DNA from: a virus
Taxonomy: Duplodnaviria; Caudoviricetes
Virus record (IMG/VR): IMGVR_UViG_3300035698_011749
Coordinates: 497-64,496 of that record
DNA: 64,000 nucleotides
Direction: 5' to 3' (one strand)
Of the stretch, positions 52,056-62,262 are shown in pieces. Under the pieces are notes generated by a model that saw nothing but the letters and a program-made list of their open reading frames with translations, made no database searches and was not told the origin of the DNA. The position numbers and the translations under genes were made by a program. Numbering within the stretch: position 1 is the first letter of the stretch; the number at the start of each line of letters is the position of its first letter.

Positions 52056-52736
52056 TTATTTATTTTCTTTTATAATACTAGTTATAGCATTATTAATGCT
52101 TTCTAAATATTTATTATACATATTTGAAGACTCCATTTTATCCCTATCAAATGCTTTATATGTTACATAATAAATAAGTGCTTGATTATATTTAGCTGAT
52201 AATGGAATTTCTTCTGTAATAGCAATTGTAGTTGGCTTGGCTACATAGAAAACAATTACTTTAGGTCCTCCAGTAACACCAGATAAAGTTGGAAAAATAA
52301 TAAGATTACTACCAACATTGCTTTCATACCAAAAAGTTGGATACTCTTCCATTCCTTGTGTAAGATTCATAGAAGTTGCTTTTCTTAGACCAGTCCAAAG
52401 ATCATCAGAATTAACATAAACTACATCTATAGTCTCTAAATACGCAGTAGCTCCAGATATGTCATATTGATAAGTATCAGCAATAAGACTTATTTCGTAT
52501 GATCCTTGTAAACATTTACTGCGAGAAGCAATATCAAGAATTCCCTGATTAACCCAGTTAAGCATATCAGCGTCAGTATAAAAAGTATCACTAACTGCAT
52601 TAATGTCATATCTAATACGATCAATAATAGTCTGTGCAGTTGTTCCAGATGTATATTGTGACTCAGCAAGAGCATTAGAAGCAAATAAAAAGATAAAGAG
52701 AATAGATAAAAAATATTTCATTTTTATCGTTTTCAT
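52056..52736 (-). CDS. Head-tail adaptor-like protein with Sec signal peptide
   Basis: TAQTIIDRIRYDIN...YTDADMLNWVNQG...ALIYYVTYKAF..D adaptor pattern; MKYFLSILFIFLFASNALA leader. Confidence 0.7.
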   Translation of the reverse strand: MKTIKMKYFLSILFIFLFASNALAESQYTSGTTAQTIIDRIRYDINAVSDTFYTDADMLNWVNQGILDIASRSKCLQGSYEISLIADTYQYDISGATAYLETIDVVYVNSDDLWTGLRKATSMNLTQGMEEYPTFWYESNVGSNLIIFPTLSGVTGGPKVIVFYVAKPTTIAITEEIPLSAKYNQALIYYVTYKAFDRDKMESSNMYNKYLESINNAITSIIKENK

Positions 52737-53428
52737 TATGCATTCTCCGAAATAAGATTTATATTACGCTGATTGTAAGGAATATAAAGTTCTAATGCCT
52801 TCAAAGCAACAGAAAATAATTTTTGATGAATATCCATCATTCGATTACTTGTGCTTATAATAACTTCCCTATTTGTTTCGTGAATAATATCTTCTTTATT
52901 AATTAGCTTGCCAATATTCCAAACAGCATAATTACCTAAAAGACTTTCTTGTAAATGACTTGGAATTCCATTCGGAGTATTAGCATCATCACTCATATCA
53001 GTTGGCACTTTGTAATAGTGTATTGTAATTTCTGTAACAGTTGTAGGAATTCCTTGGTAATAAAAATTTCCACCAAACTCACAACATTCAACTACTGTAC
53101 CTGATTTATCCAATAATGGATATGTTTCAGCAAGAGACATAAATGTCTCAGCGATGTTAATTTCATTTCCTTCAGATAATGCTGCAAACTGAAGATTGCG
53201 TTGAAAATTGGTAGGCATTGCAACATAGGCTGCAGTAATGGAAGTATCAACCGTACCAATAGTAAACAAATCAGGCAATGGTGGTGTTAACCAATCACCT
53301 AAAGCAGATGGTATTCCACCAGCAATTTCAAGCTGACCCTGATTTAATAGACCACCAATCAAATGACTGTACTTATTATCCTGGACAATACTTTTTACAT
53401 ATGATTGAAGTTCTTTATATGTAGCCAT
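52736..53428 (-). CDS. Head-tail adaptor-like protein, no signal peptide
   Basis: MATYKELQSYV...LLNQGQLEIA...MPTNF...IHYYKVP...IP..L...L..YA. Confidence 0.65.
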   Translation of the reverse strand: MATYKELQSYVKSIVQDNKYSHLIGGLLNQGQLEIAGGIPSALGDWLTPPLPDLFTIGTVDTSITAAYVAMPTNFQRNLQFAALSEGNEINIAETFMSLAETYPLLDKSGTVVECCEFGGNFYYQGIPTTVTEITIHYYKVPTDMSDDANTPNGIPSHLQESLLGNYAVWNIGKLINKEDIIHETNREVIISTSNRMMDIHQKLFSVALKALELYIPYNQRNINLISENA

Positions 53429-53757
53429 TATAAATCATCCCCAGTAACATAAGTAGCAGGAGTTAAAAAGTATCCATCTGTTGTAGCAGTAGCTGTAGGA
53501 GTTACTTCAAAAGTTTCATCATCAACAGGTCCGCCAGCAGTAAGATCAATCATTCCATAAGAAGTTTCTTTTCGCAAGACTGGCACAGACTGCTTTTCAC
53601 CAAGCGGCTTAGGTGGTGAGAATTGTTCATGTTTAGGTTCCCAACAAGTGTCAGCACAAACAAACCAACCATCCCAAGTCATTCTGCATTCACTTGCAAG
53701 TCGTGCAAAACCACAACGGTCACAAATAACCTTATAATCACCAGGTTTATATGGCAT
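53428..53757 (-). CDS. Conserved Cys-rich virion-module protein
   Basis: ICDRCGF...W.G..VC...WEPKHEQ. Confidence 0.65.
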   Translation of the reverse strand: MPYKPGDYKVICDRCGFARLASECRMTWDGWFVCADTCWEPKHEQFSPPKPLGEKQSVPVLRKETSYGMIDLTAGGPVDDETFEVTPTATATTDGYFLTPATYVTGDDL

Positions 53758-53769
53758 AATTTATTCCTA

Positions 53770-54261
53770 TTAATATATTACAAGAGTTGCTTTGAGAGTA
53801 TTGAATTGAGTCATTCCAGAAACTACGCCAAGCTTTAAATATTTAGCAGTTTCTGGAGTAAATGCCTGAACAACAGGTGTTGCTCCTGATAAAGCAATAG
53901 GGCCACAAAATGCAGTAACTCCAGAACCAGCCCAAAGAGCATCATCGTCTTTGTTACTTACAGTGTAGACAAGATAATAAGTAGCTCCAGAACCATTGCC
54001 AGAAGTTATTGTTGTGTTATTTTGATCTGATAATGCAAGATCAACATCATATACTTGGACTGAAAATACTTTGTGTTCTGGCCTTACTGCTAAAACATCA
54101 ATAGTAGTTGAAAACCAAGATACTCCACTATATGAAACTGATTGATTTAATGCAGTAGTAGTACCAGAAATACTTAACGTACCAACATAATCTCCAGCCA
54201 TTACAGATGTTGTTATGATTAAAATACTTAAAATACAAAAAAGCTTAAATATGTATTTCAT
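53770..54261 (-). CDS. Putative head/virion accessory protein with Sec signal peptide
   Basis: Start MKYIFKLFCILSILIITTSVMA|GDY after an AGGAG RBS. Confidence 0.7.
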   Translation of the reverse strand: MKYIFKLFCILSILIITTSVMAGDYVGTLSISGTTTALNQSVSYSGVSWFSTTIDVLAVRPEHKVFSVQVYDVDLALSDQNNTTITSGNGSGATYYLVYTVSNKDDDALWAGSGVTAFCGPIALSGATPVVQAFTPETAKYLKLGVVSGMTQFNTLKATLVIY

Positions 54262-54372
54262 AATAAATCTCCTAAAAGAATCTATCAGGACCAGAGAAAA
54301 AGCACATCTTCCAACAAGACGTGAGAAAAACTCCGATCCTAATAGACACAACCACCATACATGGATTTAAGG

Positions 54373-55128
54373 TTAAGGAAGATCCCTATCAACCATCTGA
54401 GCGGATACCGCAGAATTATAAAACAATCTCCATGTACCCGTCTCGCCGTAGGCATCAATGCCTCTGCTGCCGGTAATTTTAGTCACCGTGACCACGCTTG
54501 AGCCGGAAGATACCATACCAGTCATGTTTTGCATTGGCGTAACTGCCGAACCGGGACCAATTATGGTAGTGCCTGTAAGAGGCGCAGGCCAAACATAAAC
54601 CGTTGATGACCCAGATCCACCTGCCAATGACCCCGTAGTGGACCACACTATCGTGACAGTCTGCATATCATTTGCAGCTGTAGCAAGTGGTAAATGAGCA
54701 GTAACTCCAGACCAGCCTTGAATTTGGGTTACACCAGTGCCGGTCGTCGATGCAGATTCATATATCTTCTGGCAGTCTACAAAGTATGTCTTGCCAGCTT
54801 CAGTCTGAAAATAAGAATCACCTGAAGCTGCGCCAGCAGCCCACGTTGATAGGTCAGAAATAGCGTCAATTACAACGATACTTCCAGGCCCGCCAGACAA
54901 AACAGGATTACCAGACGGTGCTTGAATCGTGTAAACATCACCTGTCTCAGACACTCTAAATTTTGTACTTTCATCCTTGTCAGTAAGCCTCAAAAGATCC
55001 CTGTCGGATGCAGCATCATCAGTTGTTGCCTTTACCTCCAAAGAACTATGTCGTGTATAATCTCCCGCAAAAGCAGGAGAACACAACATAAAAAGAGCTA
55101 AAATAATAAAAATAAGAAGTCGTTTCAT
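54373..55128 (-). CDS. Putative head fibre/decoration protein with Sec signal peptide
   Basis: MKRLLIFIILALFMLCSPAFA|GDY; immediately downstream of the capsid gene. Confidence 0.7.
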   Translation of the reverse strand: MKRLLIFIILALFMLCSPAFAGDYTRHSSLEVKATTDDAASDRDLLRLTDKDESTKFRVSETGDVYTIQAPSGNPVLSGGPGSIVVIDAISDLSTWAAGAASGDSYFQTEAGKTYFVDCQKIYESASTTGTGVTQIQGWSGVTAHLPLATAANDMQTVTIVWSTTGSLAGGSGSSTVYVWPAPLTGTTIIGPGSAVTPMQNMTGMVSSGSSVVTVTKITGSRGIDAYGETGTWRLFYNSAVSAQMVDRDLP

Positions 55129-55150
55129 TTTAGTTTACTCCTTTAACTGA

Positions 55151-55175
55151 TTGTCCCCGCATAACGAGAGGACAA
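55151..55175 (-). terminator. Hairpin downstream of the major capsid gene
   Basis: TTGTCC...GGACAA stem. Confidence 0.4.
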
Positions 55176-55225
55176 CCAATTTAAGTTAATGTAATTATAA
55201 TTGACGTTCATTTATGAACACCAAT

Positions 55226-56149
55226 TTATGCTGCCCCAGGAGATCCAAGAATAGTCCTTGGATCAGACCAACCAAAACTGCCCCGAAAAGTAGCTTTAAA
55301 TTTAGCGTTTTCAGTATCGAAATCCTGCTCTGTACCAAAAGAATCTGCCCGACGCTCCATATATTTTAAGCCATCAGGACAATTAGTTTTAATAAACCAA
55401 GCATCAGTGTCAGTAAGATAATGATTTACTGCAATGCCCTGCGGAAACTTCTTGGAAGCTCGAAGCGCATTAACATCATTATTTGCAGTACCAGACTGGC
55501 CAATAGATTCCAAAATACGAAAAGCGTCAAACTCCAAATCCGGTGGAAGAATCAATTTCTGCGGCATAATTGCAATTGTAAGACCACGATCAGTTGTAAA
55601 TCCAGCAATGTCGATACATGCCTGCTCCAAAGCAGCCTCACTAATATCGGCAGCAGTCTCAAGTTCATTACGCCAAGTACCGCCAGATTTATTCGGATGA
55701 TCATCAGCACATAATTCAATACCATCAGAATTAGCGCCCATCGTATAAGAGCTATTAAAAGCTCTATTGAGAATATTAGCACCAAGAATTTCTTTAGTCT
55801 GCCGGACCGAAAAAGCAAGTGCATTAGCCCTACGAAGTGCAATAGTAACAGCAATACCATCCTCATACATTTCACGAGTAATAATAAAGCCAAGTCCGTA
55901 AGTAACATGCACATACCTGTTAACAAAACCCTGCTCTTGAGAGTCATAAGCGATGCCACCACCCTCAGTCTTAATAGCAGCAAGACCAAAGCCAGTAACA
56001 CCAACCTCCTCTTCAAAAGCCCGACCCGATTTCATAATTTCAAAGATATCCTTGTATTCCATTGGATACTCTTTGTACTTCTGACCAAACCAGGTCTTTA
56101 CACCTGGCACCAAATCTTTTGCAAAATTACTGGTTGGGATAACGCCCAT
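55226..56149 (-). CDS. Major capsid protein (HK97 fold, Mu gpT-like family)
   Basis: FEEE...GFG, YGLGF.ITREM.ED, P..LI.PP.L, NHYLTD.DAWF and FGWSDPR...GSPG. Confidence 0.9.
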   Translation of the reverse strand: MGVIPTSNFAKDLVPGVKTWFGQKYKEYPMEYKDIFEIMKSGRAFEEEVGVTGFGLAAIKTEGGGIAYDSQEQGFVNRYVHVTYGLGFIITREMYEDGIAVTIALRRANALAFSVRQTKEILGANILNRAFNSSYTMGANSDGIELCADDHPNKSGGTWRNELETAADISEAALEQACIDIAGFTTDRGLTIAIMPQKLILPPDLEFDAFRILESIGQSGTANNDVNALRASKKFPQGIAVNHYLTDTDAWFIKTNCPDGLKYMERRADSFGTEQDFDTENAKFKATFRGSFGWSDPRTILGSPGAA

Positions 56150-56189
56150 TAGATATCCTCCATAATCGGTTTGCCGATTTTAATTAAAA

Positions 56190-56780
56190 TTAAACACCAA
56201 CAACAGTCACCTGCTCACGATATACATGCTCTGCCAGCAACACTTCCCATTTACAATGCGTTCCAAGAGCATTATCAGGCCGATTAACTGCACGAAGAAT
56301 TCTAAGGTTTCCATCAGAGCCAGTATCACTAGAATCAAGTTCCATAGCACTTAAACCAGTTGTAGTAGATCCAGAACCAACAACAAAATTCGCAGCCAGC
56401 CCAACCATGTCGGCATCAATATTATTATCGTCACTATCTTCCTGGACTTCAAAAATCACAAACGGATCATCAACAACTGCTACATACATCGCAACATTAG
56501 CGAGCCTATATTTCATGCTAAGATTGTCTGGATTAAACATAGCCTCCGGCTGAAGTCCAAAACCAATAACTACACCGATATTATCAGTATCTCCAGCAGC
56601 GGCCTGAGTTACAGTAGGATACATTCCAAGTGTATCAGCAGATCCAGCAAGATTAACTACATCACCAATAAAAAGTGCAGTACCATCACTAACATAATAA
56701 ATATTAAATTTCCCATTCCAGGGACCGCTAAACAAATGCTTAACAGGTTTTAATCCCGAAGGACGATCAAGATTTGCCAT
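56190..56780 (-). CDS. Minor capsid/decoration protein
   Basis: MAN.D.P.GL.PV, IGDVV and DDP..IFEVQ; precedes the capsid gene. Confidence 0.65.
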   Translation of the reverse strand: MANLDRPSGLKPVKHLFSGPWNGKFNIYYVSDGTALFIGDVVNLAGSADTLGMYPTVTQAAAGDTDNIGVVIGFGLQPEAMFNPDNLSMKYRLANVAMYVAVVDDPFVIFEVQEDSDDNNIDADMVGLAANFVVGSGSTTTGLSAMELDSSDTGSDGNLRILRAVNRPDNALGTHCKWEVLLAEHVYREQVTVVGV

Positions 56781-56811
56781 AATTTTTTACCTCACTAAAA
56801 TAAAAAGATTA

Positions 56812-57544
56812 TTAAAATTGCACTGCTCCATGAAGACCATCTTTTCCAGGCTCTCCAGAATTTCTTCTAATCTCATTTTCGACAGCAGTAATTTTATCCT
56901 GAGCTACTTTTTTATCTGCAATGTGATATTTCTCAGGAAGCTCCATTAGAACTGCTCGAGTACCACCACCAACAGAAGTTTCTACAATGCTGCCGAGTTT
57001 ATCAGATTTTCCGATTTTAGGATCACCTACTTGGATGTCTCCTTCGACGATTGAATAGCCAGCCTCTTTAAAACGCTGAACTCTATCGCCAATATCATTA
57101 ACAAATCGGCGCACGAATCCGGGCCTTTTCGGTGCAGTTAAGATGTTCCGTGTGCCTAACGGGATTCGCTTCCTTGATTGTTCACTGTTGTTATTCTCTG
57201 TAACTTTTTTATCCTCAGTCATTTTGTAGCTCCCTTAAGTTGTATTGCTAAAATTATTTTAAGAATTTTTATTTAATTGGTTTTTTAGACATCTTTTTTT
57301 CAGTAATCTTTTCAAGTTTCTTTTCAGGCACCTTTTCAGGCTTTTTAATAGGTTTTCTCATAATAACTGTACGTTGATTTATTCCAGTTCTAACTTCTTG
57401 TTCAACAACTGAAAAACCAGCTTTCTTAAGTTTATTAATACGAATAAGTGTTTTTTCTGTCTGTTTGTTTGAATACAAATCAACTACATTATTAATAATT
57501 CGATAGTCATAACCAGGGTCTTTATTAAAATTTCGTATAGGCAT
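56812..57544 (-). CDS. Two related head-module proteins (56812-57222; 57269-57544)
   Basis: Both have PG(F/Y)..R..N...R....K.AG(Y/F)S.VE. Confidence 0.6.
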
Positions 57545-57548
57545 ATTA

Positions 57549-58496
57549 TTACTCCTGCAGTTTTGCGATATCTTTAATATAAGCTTCTTCCGACATTATT
57601 CCAGATTTTACAAATTGATTCATAATTGATAACTGATCTGAAGTAAGCTCAGCTTTTGTAAATGTTGATTTATTATTGCCTGAATTTGTAGGCGATTCAA
57701 CTGGGCTTTTAGGGCCAATTGGTTTAGTAGTCGTTTCTTCGGTTGTAGTTTTCGATGTATTAGCTTCAAATTTTTCAGGAAAAACTTCAGCCACTTTATT
57801 TCTAACTATTTTATAAAGTCGATCTAAAGGAGCACCCTGATATTGTTGCGCTATCGTTTCAGCGTATTGTGCCATTTCTTGATCATTCAAATACCATTGA
57901 TTGTCTTTAATCCATTCACCATAAACTGGATTTTCTGAAGGTTCAGATTTTGTATTCTCTTTAGGCGCAACAAGACTTTTTGTAATATTTTCAATCTGTT
58001 TTTCAATTGCATCGACTTTTTCAACATCGGCTGATTCAACAGCAGTGCGTTTCTCCTTTGTAAGTGTTTCTATTTCGGCCTGCATACGTTGCACATCAGC
58101 TTTATAAACTCTCTCATTATGATCTTTTAAAGATTCAACAGTTCCCTGCATATTTGAAAGCTGGCCTTTGAGTTCTTTATTATGATCTCGCATTGTTTCT
58201 TGAATTTCACGAGATTTCAAAATATACGTGGAAGCATCAACTTTATCAGCACCTTCATAATCTGGATTCCAACCAATTTGAGTTGCCAGATCTGTGATAG
58301 ATACTTCTGGTTTTAAAGCAGGCTCAGTCGGTGTTTCCTTAACAGCTGGTGTTTCCTTAACAACTGGTGATTCTTCCTTAAGTGTTTCTTTAGCCTGATC
58401 TGATACTTCAGAAAGATTAGTTTCAAGTTCCTCAGCAGTTTGTTTTTCTGCTGGAATAGTCTCAGCCAAGATATCATCTACAAATTCCTCAGTCAT
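57549..58496 (-). CDS. Scaffolding-like protein
   Basis: Acidic N-terminus, GW.P, coiled coil and W...N.W; lies between portal and capsid. Confidence 0.65.
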   Translation of the reverse strand: MTEEFVDDILAETIPAEKQTAEELETNLSEVSDQAKETLKEESPVVKETPAVKETPTEPALKPEVSITDLATQIGWNPDYEGADKVDASTYILKSREIQETMRDHNKELKGQLSNMQGTVESLKDHNERVYKADVQRMQAEIETLTKEKRTAVESADVEKVDAIEKQIENITKSLVAPKENTKSEPSENPVYGEWIKDNQWYLNDQEMAQYAETIAQQYQGAPLDRLYKIVRNKVAEVFPEKFEANTSKTTTEETTTKPIGPKSPVESPTNSGNNKSTFTKAELTSDQLSIMNQFVKSGIMSEEAYIKDIAKLQE

Positions 58497-58507
58497 AATA
58501 GCTCCTT

Positions 58508-58828
58508 TTAAGAAAGTAATATAGCTAAAAGATCGTTATCGTTAAGTAGTATATAAGCAACATCATCTTTACCAGTTAAAGTAACACCAGCATAGCGAGC
58601 ATAACTTACATGATCACCGATCATGGCCCAAGGAGATCCATCATCAATATCTTTCCATGCTGATGGACCAATATCAATAAGAATTCCTAAAGTTGCTGCT
58701 GCCTGATCTTGGTCCCTGGTTGTTTCTGGTAAAATAATTCCACCAGATGTCTTTTCTTCGACTTTATCTGGAAGAACTAAGATGTGTCCACCTGTTGGTT
58801 CTATACCACTTTTATTAATCTCTTGCAT
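58508..58828 (-). CDS. groES: Co-chaperonin GroES
   Basis: IEPTGGHILV...EEKTSGGIILP...IGP...GDHV.YARYAG...LLNDNDLLA. Confidence 0.88.
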   Translation of the reverse strand: MQEINKSGIEPTGGHILVLPDKVEEKTSGGIILPETTRDQDQAAATLGILIDIGPSAWKDIDDGSPWAMIGDHVSYARYAGVTLTGKDDVAYILLNDNDLLAILLS

Positions 58829-58851
58829 GATTACCTCCTTAAATAAAGTTA

Positions 58852-59112
58852 TTATATGCCAGTACTCTGACCCTGCTCTTCAGTAGTATCCTCATCCTCG
58901 TCCTCATAAGCAATGTTTAATAATTGGTCAAGACCTTCAATTTGACCATACAACTTATTTGTAAGGCCATGCGTAATATCTGCTGATTCTCCAATTGTTA
59001 AACCCTTTGAAAAATTATCCAACAAATCTTTTTTAGCTATTTCTATTTCTGCAAAAACTTCTCTTGTTACTGGATGTGTTTTCCATTCGAGAAACATTTC
59101 TTTTGTAATCAT
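58852..59112 (-). CDS. Conserved small protein downstream of the portal
   Basis: F.EWKTHPVT motif. Confidence 0.6.
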   Translation of the reverse strand: MITKEMFLEWKTHPVTREVFAEIEIAKKDLLDNFSKGLTIGESADITHGLTNKLYGQIEGLDQLLNIAYEDEDEDTTEEQGQSTGI

Positions 59113-59118
59113 GATTAA

Positions 59119-61242
59119 TTATTCCCCTTGATTATTAGTCTCTAAACCATACTCTCTTTTCATCGTACTTTCTGTTACTCCATCTGGAGCTTTACCAATA
59201 CTTTGTTGAGTTCTACCAAGTTGAATTTGATTCAAAGCTGTTGCGCCGTCAATTGCAAGCTTTCTTTCGTCATTAACTATACCAGCACCAGTTTTTTGTT
59301 GACCAGAATACTCACTTTCAATTTTGGCATAATTAAGAGCAGTTTCTGATTGCATTTTTTCTATCTTTGCCTTAAGTTCTTCAAGCTCGATTTGAATTTT
59401 TTCTAATCCAAGCTGTTCTGCTGGATTTTCTTGATTTTCGTCAGGTATTATTTTTTCAATATCAGTAACATCTAATGCAAGTAAGTAACGCCTATTAATT
59501 TCTTGATCATTCAAACCTTGGCCACGTAATTCAAGCATGGCTTTTGCTTTCATTAGACGTTGCATCATAGTTGTACTATTTGGATTTGCAACAGGAATAA
59601 CATCAAAATCATTTGTTGCAAAGTCTGCCTGAATATCAGCTGCATCATCATCTAATACAAGACTATAAGTCATCTGATCAAGATACAAAGCATTCAATCT
59701 ACGCAGTTTAGAGAATTCTTTGTATTGAGAACGATATAATCTTTTATGGATAGCAGAATAAACTTGCATACCTTGTTCAATTAAGGCAAGAACACTTTCA
59801 GCAGGAACATTTGCACCAGGTGAAACTCCAGCTAAGATTTCTGTCAAGCCAGCAAGCTCTTTTCCTGCATCAATTAAAAGTCCTAACAAAGCAAATAATG
59901 TCTGGGAAGGCTCACGAATAGGCATTGGAAAAACATTTTTCTTTAAATCATCACCAGTAACATCAACATGTTTCCATTCACCAGCCTTGAGCTGAATTGA
60001 TTTGCCTCTACCAAGACGAAGACCTCTACCAAGAAAGCCACTTTGCCTATTTGAAAGTGTGCCTGCATCAAGGAGTTGATTTATGATTGTGTTTATAGAA
60101 GAATTGGTACTCATTAACAATGAGCCAAAACCCATACCATAAAAACCACCATCAATTGACGGCATAAAAACATATTTAGTAAAATAATGTTCAGGAATTA
60201 TTTTGATTATTTGCCCATCTGGATTGGCAGAACCATCTTCATTTGGTTTTCGAATAATTCCATCTGTTGCAAATCTAGGCGCAATTCTAACAAGTTTTTG
60301 AGATTCTTCATGGACAGTAACAATATAAGGCTCTTGATACCCATCATTATCAAGATCATACCAGCGATGCTGCTCTAAAAATAAGTGTGGTGTTTCTTCA
60401 TCAGTATCGCTGGTTTTATCTGAAGTAGCTTCACCAAGTTCTGCAATATCAAACTCGGAAAATACTCCAGAATTGATACGCTCTATAATTTCATTATGAT
60501 ATAAATTTATACGATGAGTAGCTCTTGGAGCTCTTTCTAAAGATTCAGCAAAATAATTTACAACCAAATCATCAGCGAAAACTATTTCAGATTTGTTACG
60601 CCTGTCAATACTGTCAAAATAACTCTTTTTGAAAACACATCCGATAGCAGGTAATGTAAAAAGAAGTTGATCAACACCTTCTTCCCAATCAGGCATTTCA
60701 TTGAGTACTTGAAATGACATAAAATCGCAAATGCGATTGGCTCTGGCAAGTTTAGTTCCTTCTGAATCTTTGCCAACCACCTTGCTTTTAACAACTTGAT
60801 CGTTTTTAATTAATTCTGGATATGCTCTGGCAGCGAATTGAATGCATGCATTAATGATTAAAGGAAATTTAACATTTGCAACAATTTCGCCAGCATAAGT
60901 TTTCTTCTGGACTAATAATTTTGCAAGATCAATGATTTGTTTATTGAGGTCTTCCCAATCTTTTCGACTTGCCAGATCGATTTTATAACCTTCGAGGACT
61001 TTTGTTGTCAAAGTGGCAATAGTATTCTGATCTTGTTTTGGCGCTATGTTGGCAACCAGAACTGCTGCTTCAGCTCGCAATACTTCTTTCTCAACAGCTT
61101 GAAGAAATCCATCATCTGGCGCAGCCTGTTCAGTTAGAATATCATCAACAGGCTCTTCCATTGCGAATACTGGACGCTGCCCTTCATTAGGCTCGTTCAA
61201 AATGCTTTCTTCATCTAATCCTGTTGTTGGATCTATTGGCAT
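59119..61242 (-). CDS. Portal protein
   Basis: D..SR.DWE, PLI..ACIQFAARAY.EL, G..FKK, DLDNDGYQEPYIVT and LLDAGTLSN. Confidence 0.88.
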   Translation of the reverse strand: MPIDPTTGLDEESILNEPNEGQRPVFAMEEPVDDILTEQAAPDDGFLQAVEKEVLRAEAAVLVANIAPKQDQNTIATLTTKVLEGYKIDLASRKDWEDLNKQIIDLAKLLVQKKTYAGEIVANVKFPLIINACIQFAARAYPELIKNDQVVKSKVVGKDSEGTKLARANRICDFMSFQVLNEMPDWEEGVDQLLFTLPAIGCVFKKSYFDSIDRRNKSEIVFADDLVVNYFAESLERAPRATHRINLYHNEIIERINSGVFSEFDIAELGEATSDKTSDTDEETPHLFLEQHRWYDLDNDGYQEPYIVTVHEESQKLVRIAPRFATDGIIRKPNEDGSANPDGQIIKIIPEHYFTKYVFMPSIDGGFYGMGFGSLLMSTNSSINTIINQLLDAGTLSNRQSGFLGRGLRLGRGKSIQLKAGEWKHVDVTGDDLKKNVFPMPIREPSQTLFALLGLLIDAGKELAGLTEILAGVSPGANVPAESVLALIEQGMQVYSAIHKRLYRSQYKEFSKLRRLNALYLDQMTYSLVLDDDAADIQADFATNDFDVIPVANPNSTTMMQRLMKAKAMLELRGQGLNDQEINRRYLLALDVTDIEKIIPDENQENPAEQLGLEKIQIELEELKAKIEKMQSETALNYAKIESEYSGQQKTGAGIVNDERKLAIDGATALNQIQLGRTQQSIGKAPDGVTESTMKREYGLETNNQGE

Positions 61243-61250
61243 TTAATCCC

Positions 61251-62210
61251 TTATTTAGCTTTATTAAAAATATTATATAAATATATTGGATACCATTCTT
61301 TAAATTTATCTAATGATAATTTTCTTAAATAAATTTTAAATAATTCTTCAGTAATGGAATTAAAATAATCTAAATTAAATATTTTTTCAAGAGTACAAAT
61401 AACATAACAATTAGTAACAGCAATTATTATATGATTATCAGTCTTTTCACCATTAAGAAATTCTTCTTTATATTGAAATACATCGCCAAAAAACATAATT
61501 AATACCTCATAAGTAGCGCACTTTGTGTATTGGATCTATTGGCATCTGCCATCCTCGATCATTTCACGTGTCGCAATAAGTTGTTGCTTACCAAAAGCTC
61601 TTATACATGAACTAATATCATAAATTACTCTTCTAACCCCTGTAGGAAATTTATACCACTTTCTAATTCTAAAATAAAAACAGAGATTTTTTATTCTTTT
61701 ACCAGTTTGATATCTATCAGTTTCAAAGTCATAATAAAATGAATAACGAAATATCCAAATAGGAATTATTAAAGAAAAACATATAAATGAATTTTCATTT
61801 TCCTTCCAATTTAAACCTAAATAATTAGGTTCACCTTCTTTTACTTTACGTATAAACATCTAATCTTCCTTTGAAACATTCCAATATTGCTTATAATTTT
61901 TACTAAACCAGGCAGCATCTTCAGGCGTATCAAAACGAATAAAATTATTGTTTTTCTTTGCATTATCAATAGCGTTTTTAGAATCTAATCGTTTCATTTT
62001 ATTACTTTGTTTATCATAAATAACTGTTGGATAAACATAATCCCCGTCATCAAAATTAGACCAAGCCATTGAATGAGTAGAAAAAGTACCGTCTTTATTA
62101 TTTAATACTGGATATTTATCTTTTTCTAATATTCGTTTTACAAAAGGCTTTTGCCTATTTTCAAGTAATATAGGAACCAATTTATTAAAATCTTCATTTA
62201 CTTTTGGCAT
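61251..62210 (-). CDS. Three AT-rich inserted ORFs between TerL and the portal (61251-61496; 61536-61859; 61860-62210)
   Basis: ORF track; bracketed by short direct repeats. Confidence 0.65.
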
Positions 62211-62262
62211 CTAATCTTCCTTTGAAGCATTCTAATATTTTTATATCTTACTAAACCTATCA

